Source: Candidatus Omnitrophota bacterium (GTDB taxonomy: Bacteria > Omnitrophota > Omnitrophia > Omnitrophales > Aquincolibacteriaceae). From it: a stretch of DNA of 64,000 nt. Under the pieces are notes generated by a model. The model saw only the letters and a program-made list of their open reading frames with translations. It was not told where the DNA came from and searched no databases. Numbering within the stretch: the stretch's first letter is position 1; the number at the start of each line of letters is the position of its first letter. The DNA lies in assembly GCA_022709525.1 (NCBI GenBank), contig JAKLIQ010000001.1, positions 3,797-67,796 on the forward strand, written 5' to 3'. Of the stretch, positions 47,354 to 55,752 are shown in pieces. A program made the translations under genes and the position numbers.

Positions 47354-47638
47354 ATGGAATTTGATATCAAGAAAGTCGCGGAACTCGCCCGCCTGAACCT
47401 GAAGCCCGAAGAGCAGGCCAAACTTGAAAAAGACCTCAGCGCGATCCTCGATTATGTGAAAAAACTCGAGAAACTCGACACCTCCAAGGTCGAGCCCACA
47501 AGCCATGTCCTCGATATGGAGAATGTCTTCCGCGCGGACGAGGTAAAGCCTTCGGACGCCGCCGATAAAGCCCTCAAGCACGCCCCGCAGGCGGACGGCC
47601 GTTTCTTCAAAGTTCCAAAAATTGTGCAGCGAGACTGA
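47354..47638 (+). CDS. gatC: Asp/Glu-tRNA amidotransferase subunit C
   Basis: …[12 protein letters not shown]…L..IL.YV..L…DTS.VEPT. Confidence 0.85.
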   Translation: MEFDIKKVAELARLNLKPEEQAKLEKDLSAILDYVKKLEKLDTSKVEPTSHVLDMENVFRADEVKPSDAADKALKHAPQADGRFFKVPKIVQRD

Positions 47639-47639
47639 T

Positions 47640-49061
47640 ATGGCAGACCTCTGCTCTCTTACTTTAAAGGAAGCCATCGAAGCCGCGAAAAAAGACGGCC
47701 CGGGTCCCCTGATCGACGCGTTCGCCAAAAGGGCGCAGGCCGTTAATCCCAAACTGAACGCGTTCCTGCGTTTTGATCCCTCAAAAATTGAAAATGGAAA
47801 AGGCGCGCCGCTTTATGGCGTCCCCATTTCCATCAAGGACAATATCTGTATCGACGGCAGGGAAGTGACCTGCGCCTCAAAGATCCTTGAAAAGCACGTG
47901 CCGCCCTATAACGCGACCGTGATCGAGAAATTAAAAACGGCCGGCGCCACGCTTTTCAGCCAGTGCAATATGGACGAGTTCGCGTTCGGCTCCTCCTGCG
48001 AAACGTCCGCGTTCGGGCCGTGTAAAAATCCGTGGGACCTGATGCGCGTGCCGGGTGGCTCAAGCGGCGGCTCCGCGGCCTCGGTCGCGGCAGACATGAC
48101 GGTCGCGGCGCTCGGGTCCGACACCGGAGGTTCGATCCGCCAGCCCGCGGCGCTTTGCGGCGTGGTCGGCGTCAAACCCACTTACGGCCGCGTGTCGCGT
48201 TACGGCCTCATCGCGTTCGGCTCCAGTTTTGATCAGATCGGACCGTTCGCCAAGACCGTGGAAGACGCGGCGATCCTGATGAATATCATCTCGGGCCATG
48301 ATCCCAAGGATTCCACCTCATCGCCCGAAAAGATGCCGGACCTGACGCAGGCGCTCAAGCGCGACGTAAAGGGTCTCAAGATCGGCCTCCCGAAGGAATA
48401 TTTCATCGAGGGGATCGACCCGGAAGTCGAAAAAAGCGTGCGCGCCGCAGCGGAGATCTATAAAAAGCTCGGCGCTGAGATCAAACAGGTCTCATTGCCG
48501 CATACCGAGCACTCGGTCGCGGTCTACTATATAGTAGCCGTCGCGGAGGCGAGCTCGAACCTCGGCCGCTTTGACGGCGTCGAATACGGACTTCGCGTGC
48601 CCACTAAAGACCTGCGGGAAATGTATTTTGAGACGCGCGACCGGGGATTCGGCCGGGAAGCCAAGCGCCGCATCCTGCTCGGCACGTTCGTCCTCTCGGC
48701 CGGATATTATGAGGCTTACTATTTAAAAGGACAGAAAGTCCGCACGCTCATCCGCCAGGATTTTGAAAAGGCGTTCAAGGAAGTCGATGTGATCCTTTCG
48801 CCCACATCACCCACGCCGGCCTTTAAGATCGGTGAAAAAGCCGCGGATCCGATCGCCATGTACTTGTCCGATATTTTCACGATCCCCGCCAATTTGGCGG
48901 GCATCCCCGCGATGTCCGTTCCGTGCGGATTCACAAGCGGCGGACTTCCGATCGGCCTCCAGCTCATGGCGCGCCCCTTTGATGAAGCCACCATGCTTCG
49001 CGCGGCCTATAGTTTTGAGCAGGAAACCGGCATCTACAAAAAGAAACCGAAGTTAGACTAG
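47640..49061 (+). CDS. gatA: Asp/Glu-tRNA amidotransferase subunit A
   Basis: Amidase signature …[13 protein letters not shown]…[13 protein letters not shown]…. The start at 47640 overlaps the gatC stop. Confidence 0.9.
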   Translation: MADLCSLTLKEAIEAAKKDGPGPLIDAFAKRAQAVNPKLNAFLRFDPSKIENGKGAPLYGVPISIKDNICIDGREVTCASKILEKHVPPYNATVIEKLKTAGATLFSQCNMDEFAFGSSCETSAFGPCKNPWDLMRVPGGSSGGSAASVAADMTVAALGSDTGGSIRQPAALCGVVGVKPTYGRVSRYGLIAFGSSFDQIGPFAKTVEDAAILMNIISGHDPKDSTSSPEKMPDLTQALKRDVKGLKIGLPKEYFIEGIDPEVEKSVRAAAEIYKKLGAEIKQVSLPHTEHSVAVYYIVAVAEASSNLGRFDGVEYGLRVPTKDLREMYFETRDRGFGREAKRRILLGTFVLSAGYYEAYYLKGQKVRTLIRQDFEKAFKEVDVILSPTSPTPAFKIGEKAADPIAMYLSDIFTIPANLAGIPAMSVPCGFTSGGLPIGLQLMARPFDEATMLRAAYSFEQETGIYKKKPKLD

Positions 49062-49086
49062 AGACAAGAGACCTGAGACTGAAGCC

Positions 49087-49302
49087 ATGACGAATAACTT
49101 GCATCACGCCGCCAAAAAATATGTGGAAGTGATCGAGAAGATCGAAAAAACAACCGATCCTAAGGCATTGCAGGCGCTAGAAGAAAAACGGATCGATCTT
49201 CACTGGAAATTCATCGACCTGCTCAAGAAGCAGGGGATCAAGTATAAAGACAGGGACCACGCGACCCGGATCGCCATACGGATCGCACACGGTGAATTAT
49301 GA
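49087..49302 (+). CDS. hypothetical small protein (inside the gatCA|gatB insertion)
   Basis: 71 aa, helical, charged. ATGA coupling to the next ORF. Confidence 0.4.
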   Translation: MTNNLHHAAKKYVEVIEKIEKTTDPKALQALEEKRIDLHWKFIDLLKKQGIKYKDRDHATRIAIRIAHGEL

Positions 49303-49532
49303 CAGTTCTTGAGATCGCGAAGATTTATACGGACTTGGTCAAGGCGGAGCGGGAAATTCCCGAGGAGGAACATCAGGCCAAAGAAAAGATCAATGCCCTC
49401 CGGACCAAATATCACGAGATGCTGATGGCGAAAATGCGCGAAGAAAAAGTCGATTTTTCAGACCGTTTTGATGCCGCCGCCAAGGCTTTTGATCTTGTTC
49501 GCGAAGAAGAAGCAAAATATGGCGAGAAATAA
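49299..49532 (+). CDS. hypothetical small protein (inside the gatCA|gatB insertion)
   Basis: 77 aa, coiled-coil-like; translationally coupled to the upstream ORF. Confidence 0.4.
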   Translation: MTVLEIAKIYTDLVKAEREIPEEEHQAKEKINALRTKYHEMLMAKMREEKVDFSDRFDAAAKAFDLVREEEAKYGEK

Positions 49533-49594
49533 GCAAACCATTTCAACTAGCGCAGTTGAAATCGGTTGCGTTTTTAAAATGGGAAATAGAGGTT

Positions 49595-50008
49595 ATGGCC
49601 GAACGTAAAAATTTTCATCTGCTTTTTTGGGTCCTGCTGCCGGTCCTTATTCTGATCGCGGGGGTCCCGTTCTACACGGCGCATGCGTGGGATCTTAAGA
49701 ATATCGCGGCGGCTACGGGCCTCAGCGCGTTCTGCGCTTTGCTGGCACTTACGGTCTATGACGCTAAAAAATTCTCGTGGGCCGCGCGCGGCATGGCTTT
49801 TTTGGTGTTTCTACTCTTCGCGTTTTATCTGGGCAGCCAGGTCCTCCGGGGGATCGGGGCCCACACATGGTATCCGGAAGGGACAAGATCAACAGTCTCC
49901 GTTCCGAACGCCATCAAAGGATTCCTCGTTTTTGGTTTGCCATGTTTGATATACACCATTTTTGGAAACACTCTATTCAGCAAATGGGGTCATAAAAATA
50001 AAGTTTGA
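49595..50008 (+). CDS. hypothetical membrane protein (inside the insertion)
   Basis: Start MAERKNF behind GAGG; four predicted TM helices. Confidence 0.45.
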   Translation: MAERKNFHLLFWVLLPVLILIAGVPFYTAHAWDLKNIAAATGLSAFCALLALTVYDAKKFSWAARGMAFLVFLLFAFYLGSQVLRGIGAHTWYPEGTRSTVSVPNAIKGFLVFGLPCLIYTIFGNTLFSKWGHKNKV

Positions 50009-50080
50009 AAGAAACCGGCATCTACAAAAAGAAACCGAAATTATAAAAACAAACATAGTTTTTTAAAGTAATGTAAAAAT

Positions 50081-50929
50081 ATGATTGTATATAAATATGT
50101 TACTTCAGCTGGCGATGACATAATCAGAAATTTGAGAATTATGGTAAATAGCTCTCGAAGTTTTAATGATCCGTTCGAATTAATACCTGCCATAGAAAAT
50201 ATAACATCTGAACAGGTAAACCAGGCCGTGTTAAAAAACGATCATTATCTTCGGCATATTTATAAAATTGGGATAGCAAGTGGCAGAATTGAAAAATCTT
50301 ACGATCAGTTTAAACAAGAAAATCAAAATCCCGAAAGAAGCAAAATAGTTTCAAAAAATATGGCTCAAAATACCACTAAAAACATGCGAGCGACTGCTAA
50401 AAAAAGCCGAGAAGACGTCGACAGAGTTGCTTTGATGGCGTGTTTTTGCGGAGAAACCATTGATAATCATCATGAAATATTAATGTGGGCACATTACGCT
50501 GAAGGTTATAAGGGATTACGTATTGCCTTTGATTCAAATATGCTTAATAGTCCTTCCACGCCTTTAATAGAAATGAAATATAGCAAAGATAGATTGCGTC
50601 TCAATCCAATAGATTATTGGAAGAATGGCATCCAATCACTCAACAAATTTTACGGGGAAATGCTGACTGCTAAAAGCAGCGCATGGGCCTATGAGAATGA
50701 ATATAGATGGCTTGTGCCTGTCTCTTTGTGTAAAAAAGATGGTCGGTATTACTATGTTCCAATTGATTCGAAAGCGATTATTGGTATCGATTGTGGCGTT
50801 CAATGTTCAGAAGAACGTATTTCTTATATCAAAAAATTAGTTCAGTCCAATCTTGGGGAATCGACTTTTATTAGAAAAACTGTTATTGATGATTATGAAT
50901 ACAAACTTAAATACATCGATAGCATCTAA
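50081..50929 (+). CDS. DUF2971 family protein (low-GC, likely horizontally acquired)
   Basis: MIVYKYVTSAGDDIIRNLRI..NSSRSFNDPFE… and …MWAHYAEGYKGLRIAF…YENEYRW match the DUF2971 pattern. About 35% GC, against about 60% in the flanks. Confidence 0.6.
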   Translation: MIVYKYVTSAGDDIIRNLRIMVNSSRSFNDPFELIPAIENITSEQVNQAVLKNDHYLRHIYKIGIASGRIEKSYDQFKQENQNPERSKIVSKNMAQNTTKNMRATAKKSREDVDRVALMACFCGETIDNHHEILMWAHYAEGYKGLRIAFDSNMLNSPSTPLIEMKYSKDRLRLNPIDYWKNGIQSLNKFYGEMLTAKSSAWAYENEYRWLVPVSLCKKDGRYYYVPIDSKAIIGIDCGVQCSEERISYIKKLVQSNLGESTFIRKTVIDDYEYKLKYIDSI

Positions 50930-50972
50930 AATCTGCATTGAATAAACAGTAAAAGGAATAACAGGAAGAAAA

Positions 50973-52493
50973 ATGAACTACGAACCAGTCATTGGACTAG
51001 AAGTCCACGTACAGCTGAAGACGAAGAGCAAGATGTTCTGCGCTTGTTCCACGGAATTCGGTGTGGAAGGCAATAAGAACACATGTCCGGTGTGTCTCGG
51101 CTGGCCGGGATCGCTGCCGGTGGTGAATGAAACAGCGCTCAAGCTCGCGATCCGCGCGGGGCTAGCTCTCAATTGCAAAGTCGCAGAGCGGCTCAAGTTC
51201 GACCGGAAAAATTATTTCTATCCTGATCTTCCGAAAGCGTATCAGATCTCGCAATACGATATGCCGGTAAATGGGAAGGGGTTTGTGGATGTGGAAACCC
51301 AGACTACAGACCACAGACTACAGACCACAGCAAAAAACGAAAAAGAGCAAAGCGAAAAACAAAACTCCGAACTCCTTGCTCCTCGCTCTACGCTAAAAAG
51401 AATCGGGATCACGCGTGCGCACCTGGAAGAAGACGCCGGAAAACTTCTGCACGAGGGCATCGCGGACGGAAGCCTTGTCGATTACAACCGCGGCGGCATC
51501 CCGCTTCTTGAGATCGTCTCCGAGCCGGACCTCCGCAGCCCGCAGGAAGCGTACGATTACCTCACGGCGCTCAAGGCCATCCTTCAATATATAGAAGTGA
51601 GCGACTGCGATATGGAAAAGGGGAGTTTGCGCTGCGACGCGAACGTGTCCGTCCGGCCCGTAAGCCAGGAGAAATTCGGGACCAAGGTCGAGATCAAGAA
51701 CCTGAACTCCTTCAAGATGGTGCAGAAAGCGATCCAGTACGAGATCGAGCGGCAGACGGGGATCCTTGAAGATAAAGAAGCCGTTATCCAGGAAACGCGG
51801 CTTTGGGAGGACAAAAAAGGCGTGACGGTCTCGATGCGTTCCAAGGAAGAGGCGCACGACTACCGCTATTTTCCGGAGCCGGACCTTGTGCCGTTCACGT
51901 TGTCGCGCAAGACCGTGGAGGAGATCAAAAAGACACTGCCGGAGCTGCCCCTTGAGAGGGCGAAACGGTTCGTGAAAACCTTCGGCATTTCCGAATATGA
52001 CGCACAGGTCCTTTGTCAGGAGAAAAAACTCGCCGAATATTTTGAGGCATGCGTCAAAGAGGGCGCCGCCGCGAAATCCGCAAGCAACTGGATCCAGTCC
52101 GAGATCTTGGCCATTCTTAATGAAAAAAATTTATCCGTCGAAAATTTTCCGATCACAGCGGCAAGCACCGCAGGAACGATCCGCCTTATTGAAAAGGGAG
52201 CCATCAGCGGCAAGATCGCCAAAGAAGTTTACCGTGAAATGTTTGAGACCGGCAAAGACGCCGAAACGATCGTCAAAGAAAAAGGCCTGACGCAGGTCTC
52301 CGACACCGGTTTAATTGAAAAAGCCGTGGAAAAAGCCATCGCCGCGAACCCCGCCGCCGCCCAGGAATTCAAGGCCGGAAAACAAAAGGCCCTCGGCGCC
52401 CTGGTCGGTTTTGTGATGAAAGAGACCGCCGGCAAAGCCAATCCGAAGCTTGTTAATGAAATTCTCATTAACAAGCTCGGGACTCGTAGCTAG
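50973..52493 (+). CDS. gatB: Asp/Glu-tRNA amidotransferase subunit B (with an in-frame repeat-derived insertion)
   Basis: MNYEPVIGLEVHVQLKT.SKMFC…ISQYD…KRIGITRAHLEEDAGKL…. About 28 extra residues (TQTTDHRLQTTAKNEKEQSEKQNSELLAPRSTL) lie where B. subtilis GatB has VGGKT. Confidence 0.9.
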   Translation: MNYEPVIGLEVHVQLKTKSKMFCACSTEFGVEGNKNTCPVCLGWPGSLPVVNETALKLAIRAGLALNCKVAERLKFDRKNYFYPDLPKAYQISQYDMPVNGKGFVDVETQTTDHRLQTTAKNEKEQSEKQNSELLAPRSTLKRIGITRAHLEEDAGKLLHEGIADGSLVDYNRGGIPLLEIVSEPDLRSPQEAYDYLTALKAILQYIEVSDCDMEKGSLRCDANVSVRPVSQEKFGTKVEIKNLNSFKMVQKAIQYEIERQTGILEDKEAVIQETRLWEDKKGVTVSMRSKEEAHDYRYFPEPDLVPFTLSRKTVEEIKKTLPELPLERAKRFVKTFGISEYDAQVLCQEKKLAEYFEACVKEGAAAKSASNWIQSEILAILNEKNLSVENFPITAASTAGTIRLIEKGAISGKIAKEVYREMFETGKDAETIVKEKGLTQVSDTGLIEKAVEKAIAANPAAAQEFKAGKQKALGALVGFVMKETAGKANPKLVNEILINKLGTRS

Positions 52494-52600
52494 GGACTCG
52501 CCCCTCGTGAAGCAGATCAAGAAACATCGCTCGGACCTCGGGACTCGGGACTTACTTTTTAAAAAACGAGGAACTAGTCCCGAACAACGAGTCCCGCGAG
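52480..52600. repeat. REP-like GGGACTCG elements, tandem copy 4 (two units) overlapping the gatB stop codon
   Basis: CTCGGGACTCGTAGCTAGGGACTCGCCCCTCG…CTCGGGACTCGGGACTTAC…ACTAGTCCCGAACAACGAGTCCCGCGAGG. The gatB TAG lies inside the first unit. Confidence 0.7.
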
Positions 52601-52608
52601 GATCAGCT

Positions 52609-53673
52609 ATGCTGACCCTCGGTATCGAAACCTCCTGCGACGAGACTTCGTGCGCTGTTTTAAAAGGCAAGGACACGATCCTCTCGAACATTGTTTCCTC
52701 CAGTCTCTTCCGGCATAAAAAATTCGGCGGCGTCGTGCCCGAGATCGCGTCGCGGCACTGCATGGAGCAAATCGAATGCGTTTTTCATGAAGCGGTTCGA
52801 CAAGCTCACTGCAAGCCCTCCGATTTGGATTTGATCGCTGTGACGCAGGGGCCGGGGCTTATCGGCTCGCTCCTTGTCGGCGTCGCGTTCGCCAAATCGC
52901 TCGCCTACCAGCTCGGGATCCCGCTTGTGGGCGTCAATCACATGGAAGCTCATCTTGTCGCGAATTTTTTTGGAACCCCCGAGCCCAAACGCTTTATCGG
53001 GCTTCTTGTTTCGGGCGGGCACACGATGCTCACATTTTCCGAAAAAGGGAAGATCCATATCCTTGGCGAGACGATCGATGACGCGGTGGGCGAAGCGTAT
53101 GACAAGGTCGCGAAGATTATGGGGCTAAGCTACCCCGGCGGGCCCATCATTGATAAACTTGCGAGAGAAGGAAACCCGCGCGCTGTTCATTTCACGCGGC
53201 CCAAGCAGGAAGCGCGTTTCGGATTCAGCTTCAGCGGCGTGAAGACGGCCGTCCTTTATCTTGTTCAGGGTTTTAAAAAAACCCCCTCACCTTTATCCTC
53301 TCCCCCTTGCAAAAGGGGGAGAGGGGAGGGTGAGGGGGCGATAAAGAAGAGGTTGGGTGTTTCAACCATCAAAGATCTCGCGGCGAGTTTCCAACACGCG
53401 GTGATCGGATGGCTCGTGGAAAAGGCCATCGACGCGGCGGAATTTAAAAAAGTCAAAGATATCGTCGTAGGCGGCGGCGTGAGTGCCAATTCTTATTTGC
53501 GCGAGAAACTTACGCGGGATGCGGCGGCCAAGGGAATCAAGGTCTGGTTCCCGCCGTTCGAATTTTCGACGGATAACGCAGCCATGATCGCGCGCCGGGG
53601 GTTTGAGCTTTACCAACGGGGAAAACGGTCGAAACTTAATATGACCGGTGATCCGGGATTGACGATTTCATAA
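52609..53673 (+). CDS. tsaD: tRNA N6-adenosine threonylcarbamoyltransferase (with an in-frame palindromic insertion)
   Basis: MLTLGIETSCDETS.AV…VTQGPGLIGSLLVG…GGV.AN..LR. The extra loop TPSPLSSPPCKRGRGEGEGAIKKRLGVS is encoded by a GC-rich palindrome at about 53281-53340. Confidence 0.9.
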   Translation: MLTLGIETSCDETSCAVLKGKDTILSNIVSSSLFRHKKFGGVVPEIASRHCMEQIECVFHEAVRQAHCKPSDLDLIAVTQGPGLIGSLLVGVAFAKSLAYQLGIPLVGVNHMEAHLVANFFGTPEPKRFIGLLVSGGHTMLTFSEKGKIHILGETIDDAVGEAYDKVAKIMGLSYPGGPIIDKLAREGNPRAVHFTRPKQEARFGFSFSGVKTAVLYLVQGFKKTPSPLSSPPCKRGRGEGEGAIKKRLGVSTIKDLAASFQHAVIGWLVEKAIDAAEFKKVKDIVVGGGVSANSYLREKLTRDAAAKGIKVWFPPFEFSTDNAAMIARRGFELYQRGKRSKLNMTGDPGLTIS

Positions 53674-53753
53674 CCCCTTACCACACCCGGTGTGTACACG
53701 AGCGTACACACCGGGTGTGAACAGGGTGTACGGATGCTAAAAGGGAGGTTTTT

Positions 53754-54218
53754 ATGGGCTCTTGGGTGACACCGCAGGATATCGATATCGCGATCCGTCT
53801 GACCGTGGCAACCTTTTTAGGGGCCATCATCGGCCTGGAGCGGGAATCTCACGGGAAAGAGGCGGGCTTTAAGACTTATTCGTTGGTCTGTCTGGGTTCG
53901 GCGCTCATGATGATCGTCTCGATCGATGTTTTTAATATTTTTAGCGGCGTCGCTCAGGTGGATCCGGGACGTATCGCGGCACAGGCGGTGACCGGCATCG
54001 GTTTCATCGGCGCCGGCGCGATCATCCGGTCGCAGCAGGGGAGCATCAAAGGCCTTACCACCGCGGCGGGGATCTGGTCGGCGTGCGCCATCGGGCTGGC
54101 TTGCGGCCTGAAGCTTTATAAACAGGCGATCATCACGACCATTCTTGTCCTGATCATTTTGGTGCTTTTCTCCAAGGTCCAGCGCAAGATCATCAAGAAA
54201 AATCCCCAAGAAGTCTAG
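53754..54218 (+). CDS. MgtC/SapB-family membrane protein
   Basis: …TVATFLGAIIGLERE.HGK.AG..TY.LV…G.GF.GAG.I.R… is typical of MgtC. Confidence 0.75.
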   Translation: MGSWVTPQDIDIAIRLTVATFLGAIIGLERESHGKEAGFKTYSLVCLGSALMMIVSIDVFNIFSGVAQVDPGRIAAQAVTGIGFIGAGAIIRSQQGSIKGLTTAAGIWSACAIGLACGLKLYKQAIITTILVLIILVLFSKVQRKIIKKNPQEV

Positions 54219-54644
54219 TCCATTTGGGCGCATATCACTTGATACGGTTGTCCAAAAGGCTCCGGGCTTGAGCCCTCGGCAACACTTCGAGAATCCCCGG
54301 CGTGGATTCCCTCGTTCGGTCTCACTCCTCGCTCCCTGCTGACGCAGATCCATGCCCGCTCGTCGTTCGAACGCGCCTCGTGCTCAACCCTTTGCCTTTT
54401 TCTTCCAAGTGAAGACGGAAAGTGTGTTGAAGCGACGTAAGGAGGCCCGAGCGCCACGGTTTTATAAAGCGAAGGCCGACGCTTCGAGTGCCGCCATGCC
54501 ACGGTGGGGCATGGCAAACGTTCGCGAAACACACTTTTCGACGAAACGATAGATTGCTCAAAATTAAGCGTACGAAGTCGGATGCGCCCAGGCCTCTTTC
54601 CAGCATTGACACTCCGAGGGCAAAAAGCTAGAATTCGCCCTCTT

Positions 54645-55517
54645 ATGAAAACACTCAAAATCGCATTACCCAAGGGAAGTCTCGAAGAGGCGACCTGTAA
54701 TCTTTTCAAACGCGCCGGATTTATCATCAGCGTCAATCCACGCTCTTATATCCCGTCCGTCAATGACCCCGAGATCGAAGTGATCCTTTTCCGCCCGCAG
54801 GAAATGTCCCGCTATGTCGAAGACGGCATCGTGGATTGCGGCCTGACGGGACATGACTGGATCGTCGAAAACGATTCCAAGGTCGTCGAACTCTGCGAGC
54901 TTCAATATTCCAAACGGACCTCGAATCCGGTCCGCTGGGTCCTGGCCGTGCATGAATCCTCTCCGTTCAAGACCGTCAAGGACCTGAAAGGGAAAAAGAT
55001 CGTGACGGAGCTTGTCGGCGTGACGAAACGCTATCTTAAGAAAAACAAAGTGGACGCCGAGGTGGAATTCTCCTGGGGCGCCACGGAAGCCAAGCCGCCG
55101 CGCCTTGCCGACGCGATCGTCGAGGCGACCGAGACGGGTTCAAGCCTTCGCGCGAACAAACTTAAGATCATCGATACGGTGATCGTTTCGATCCCGAAAT
55201 TCATCGCCAATAAAAAAAGCGTCCAGGATCCCTGGAAAAAACACAAGATGGACAGCCTTGTCATGCTCCTCGAAGGCGCTATACGCGCCCAGGAAAAAGT
55301 CGGGCTTAAGATGAACGTCGAGAAAAAGAATCTCCAAAAAGTTCTCGGCCTTCTTCCGGCCATGAAAAAACCCACGATCGCGAATCTGACGGACAAGAAC
55401 TGGCTCGATGTGGAGACCATTATCGACGAATCGGTCGTGCGTGAACTGATCCCGCAGCTGAAGAAAGCCGGCGCGTCGGGCATTATCGAATACCCGCTCA
55501 ATAAAGTTATTCCTTAA
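54645..55517 (+). CDS. hisG: ATP phosphoribosyltransferase (long form)
   Basis: Start [15 protein letters not shown] at 54645 within ORF 54504..55517. …DCGLTGHDW… plus a C-terminal regulatory domain. Confidence 0.85.
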   Translation: MKTLKIALPKGSLEEATCNLFKRAGFIISVNPRSYIPSVNDPEIEVILFRPQEMSRYVEDGIVDCGLTGHDWIVENDSKVVELCELQYSKRTSNPVRWVLAVHESSPFKTVKDLKGKKIVTELVGVTKRYLKKNKVDAEVEFSWGATEAKPPRLADAIVEATETGSSLRANKLKIIDTVIVSIPKFIANKKSVQDPWKKHKMDSLVMLLEGAIRAQEKVGLKMNVEKKNLQKVLGLLPAMKKPTIANLTDKNWLDVETIIDESVVRELIPQLKKAGASGIIEYPLNKVIP

Positions 55518-55545
55518 CGCAGCATCACTTAAAGGAGTTCCGTGC

Positions 55546-55644
55546 ATGCCTTGGGCTCGTAAACAGCGCAAGAAGAAGATGAACAAGCACAAGCGGAAGA
55601 AGAAGCTCCGCAAGCATCGTCACAAGAAAAAAGACTGGTCCTAG
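55546..55644 (+). CDS. bS22-like small basic ribosomal protein (32 aa; not in the ORF track)
   Basis: MPWARKQRKKKMNKHKRKKKLRKHRHKKKDWS behind AAAGGAG. Resembles mycobacterial bS22 (…KKRRKRMSKKKHRKLLRKTR…). Confidence 0.45.
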   Translation: MPWARKQRKKKMNKHKRKKKLRKHRHKKKDWS

Positions 55645-55649
55645 TTTAG

Positions 55650-55740
55650 TTCGTCATCTGGTAAACTGAAGACCGGAAACTGAGTCCACGGGCCCGAAAA
55701 GCTTTTGGTTTCAGTTTTCGGTCTTTTGTCTTTAGCCGGG
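55650..55740 (+). terminator. hairpin terminator after the small basic ORF
   Basis: AAACTGAAGACCGGAAACTGAG…CAGTTTTCGGTCTTTTGTC inverted repeat. Confidence 0.5.
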
Positions 55741-55752
55741 GTGAAAAAATCC

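Noticed and set aside
54219-54644. RNase P RNA / tmRNA / T-box / His-leader candidates
   Set aside because: A partial resemblance (AAAGGCTCCGGGCT vs the P4 GGAAAGUCCGGGCU) was not supported by the other conserved RNase P blocks. No tRNA-like 3' end for tmRNA. No T-box sequence or His-codon run was found.
54215-54736. 173-aa minus-strand ORF in the mgtC-hisG spacer
   Set aside because: Low-complexity Arg/Ser-rich translation with no RBS. It overlaps the hisG start. The region is treated as non-coding.
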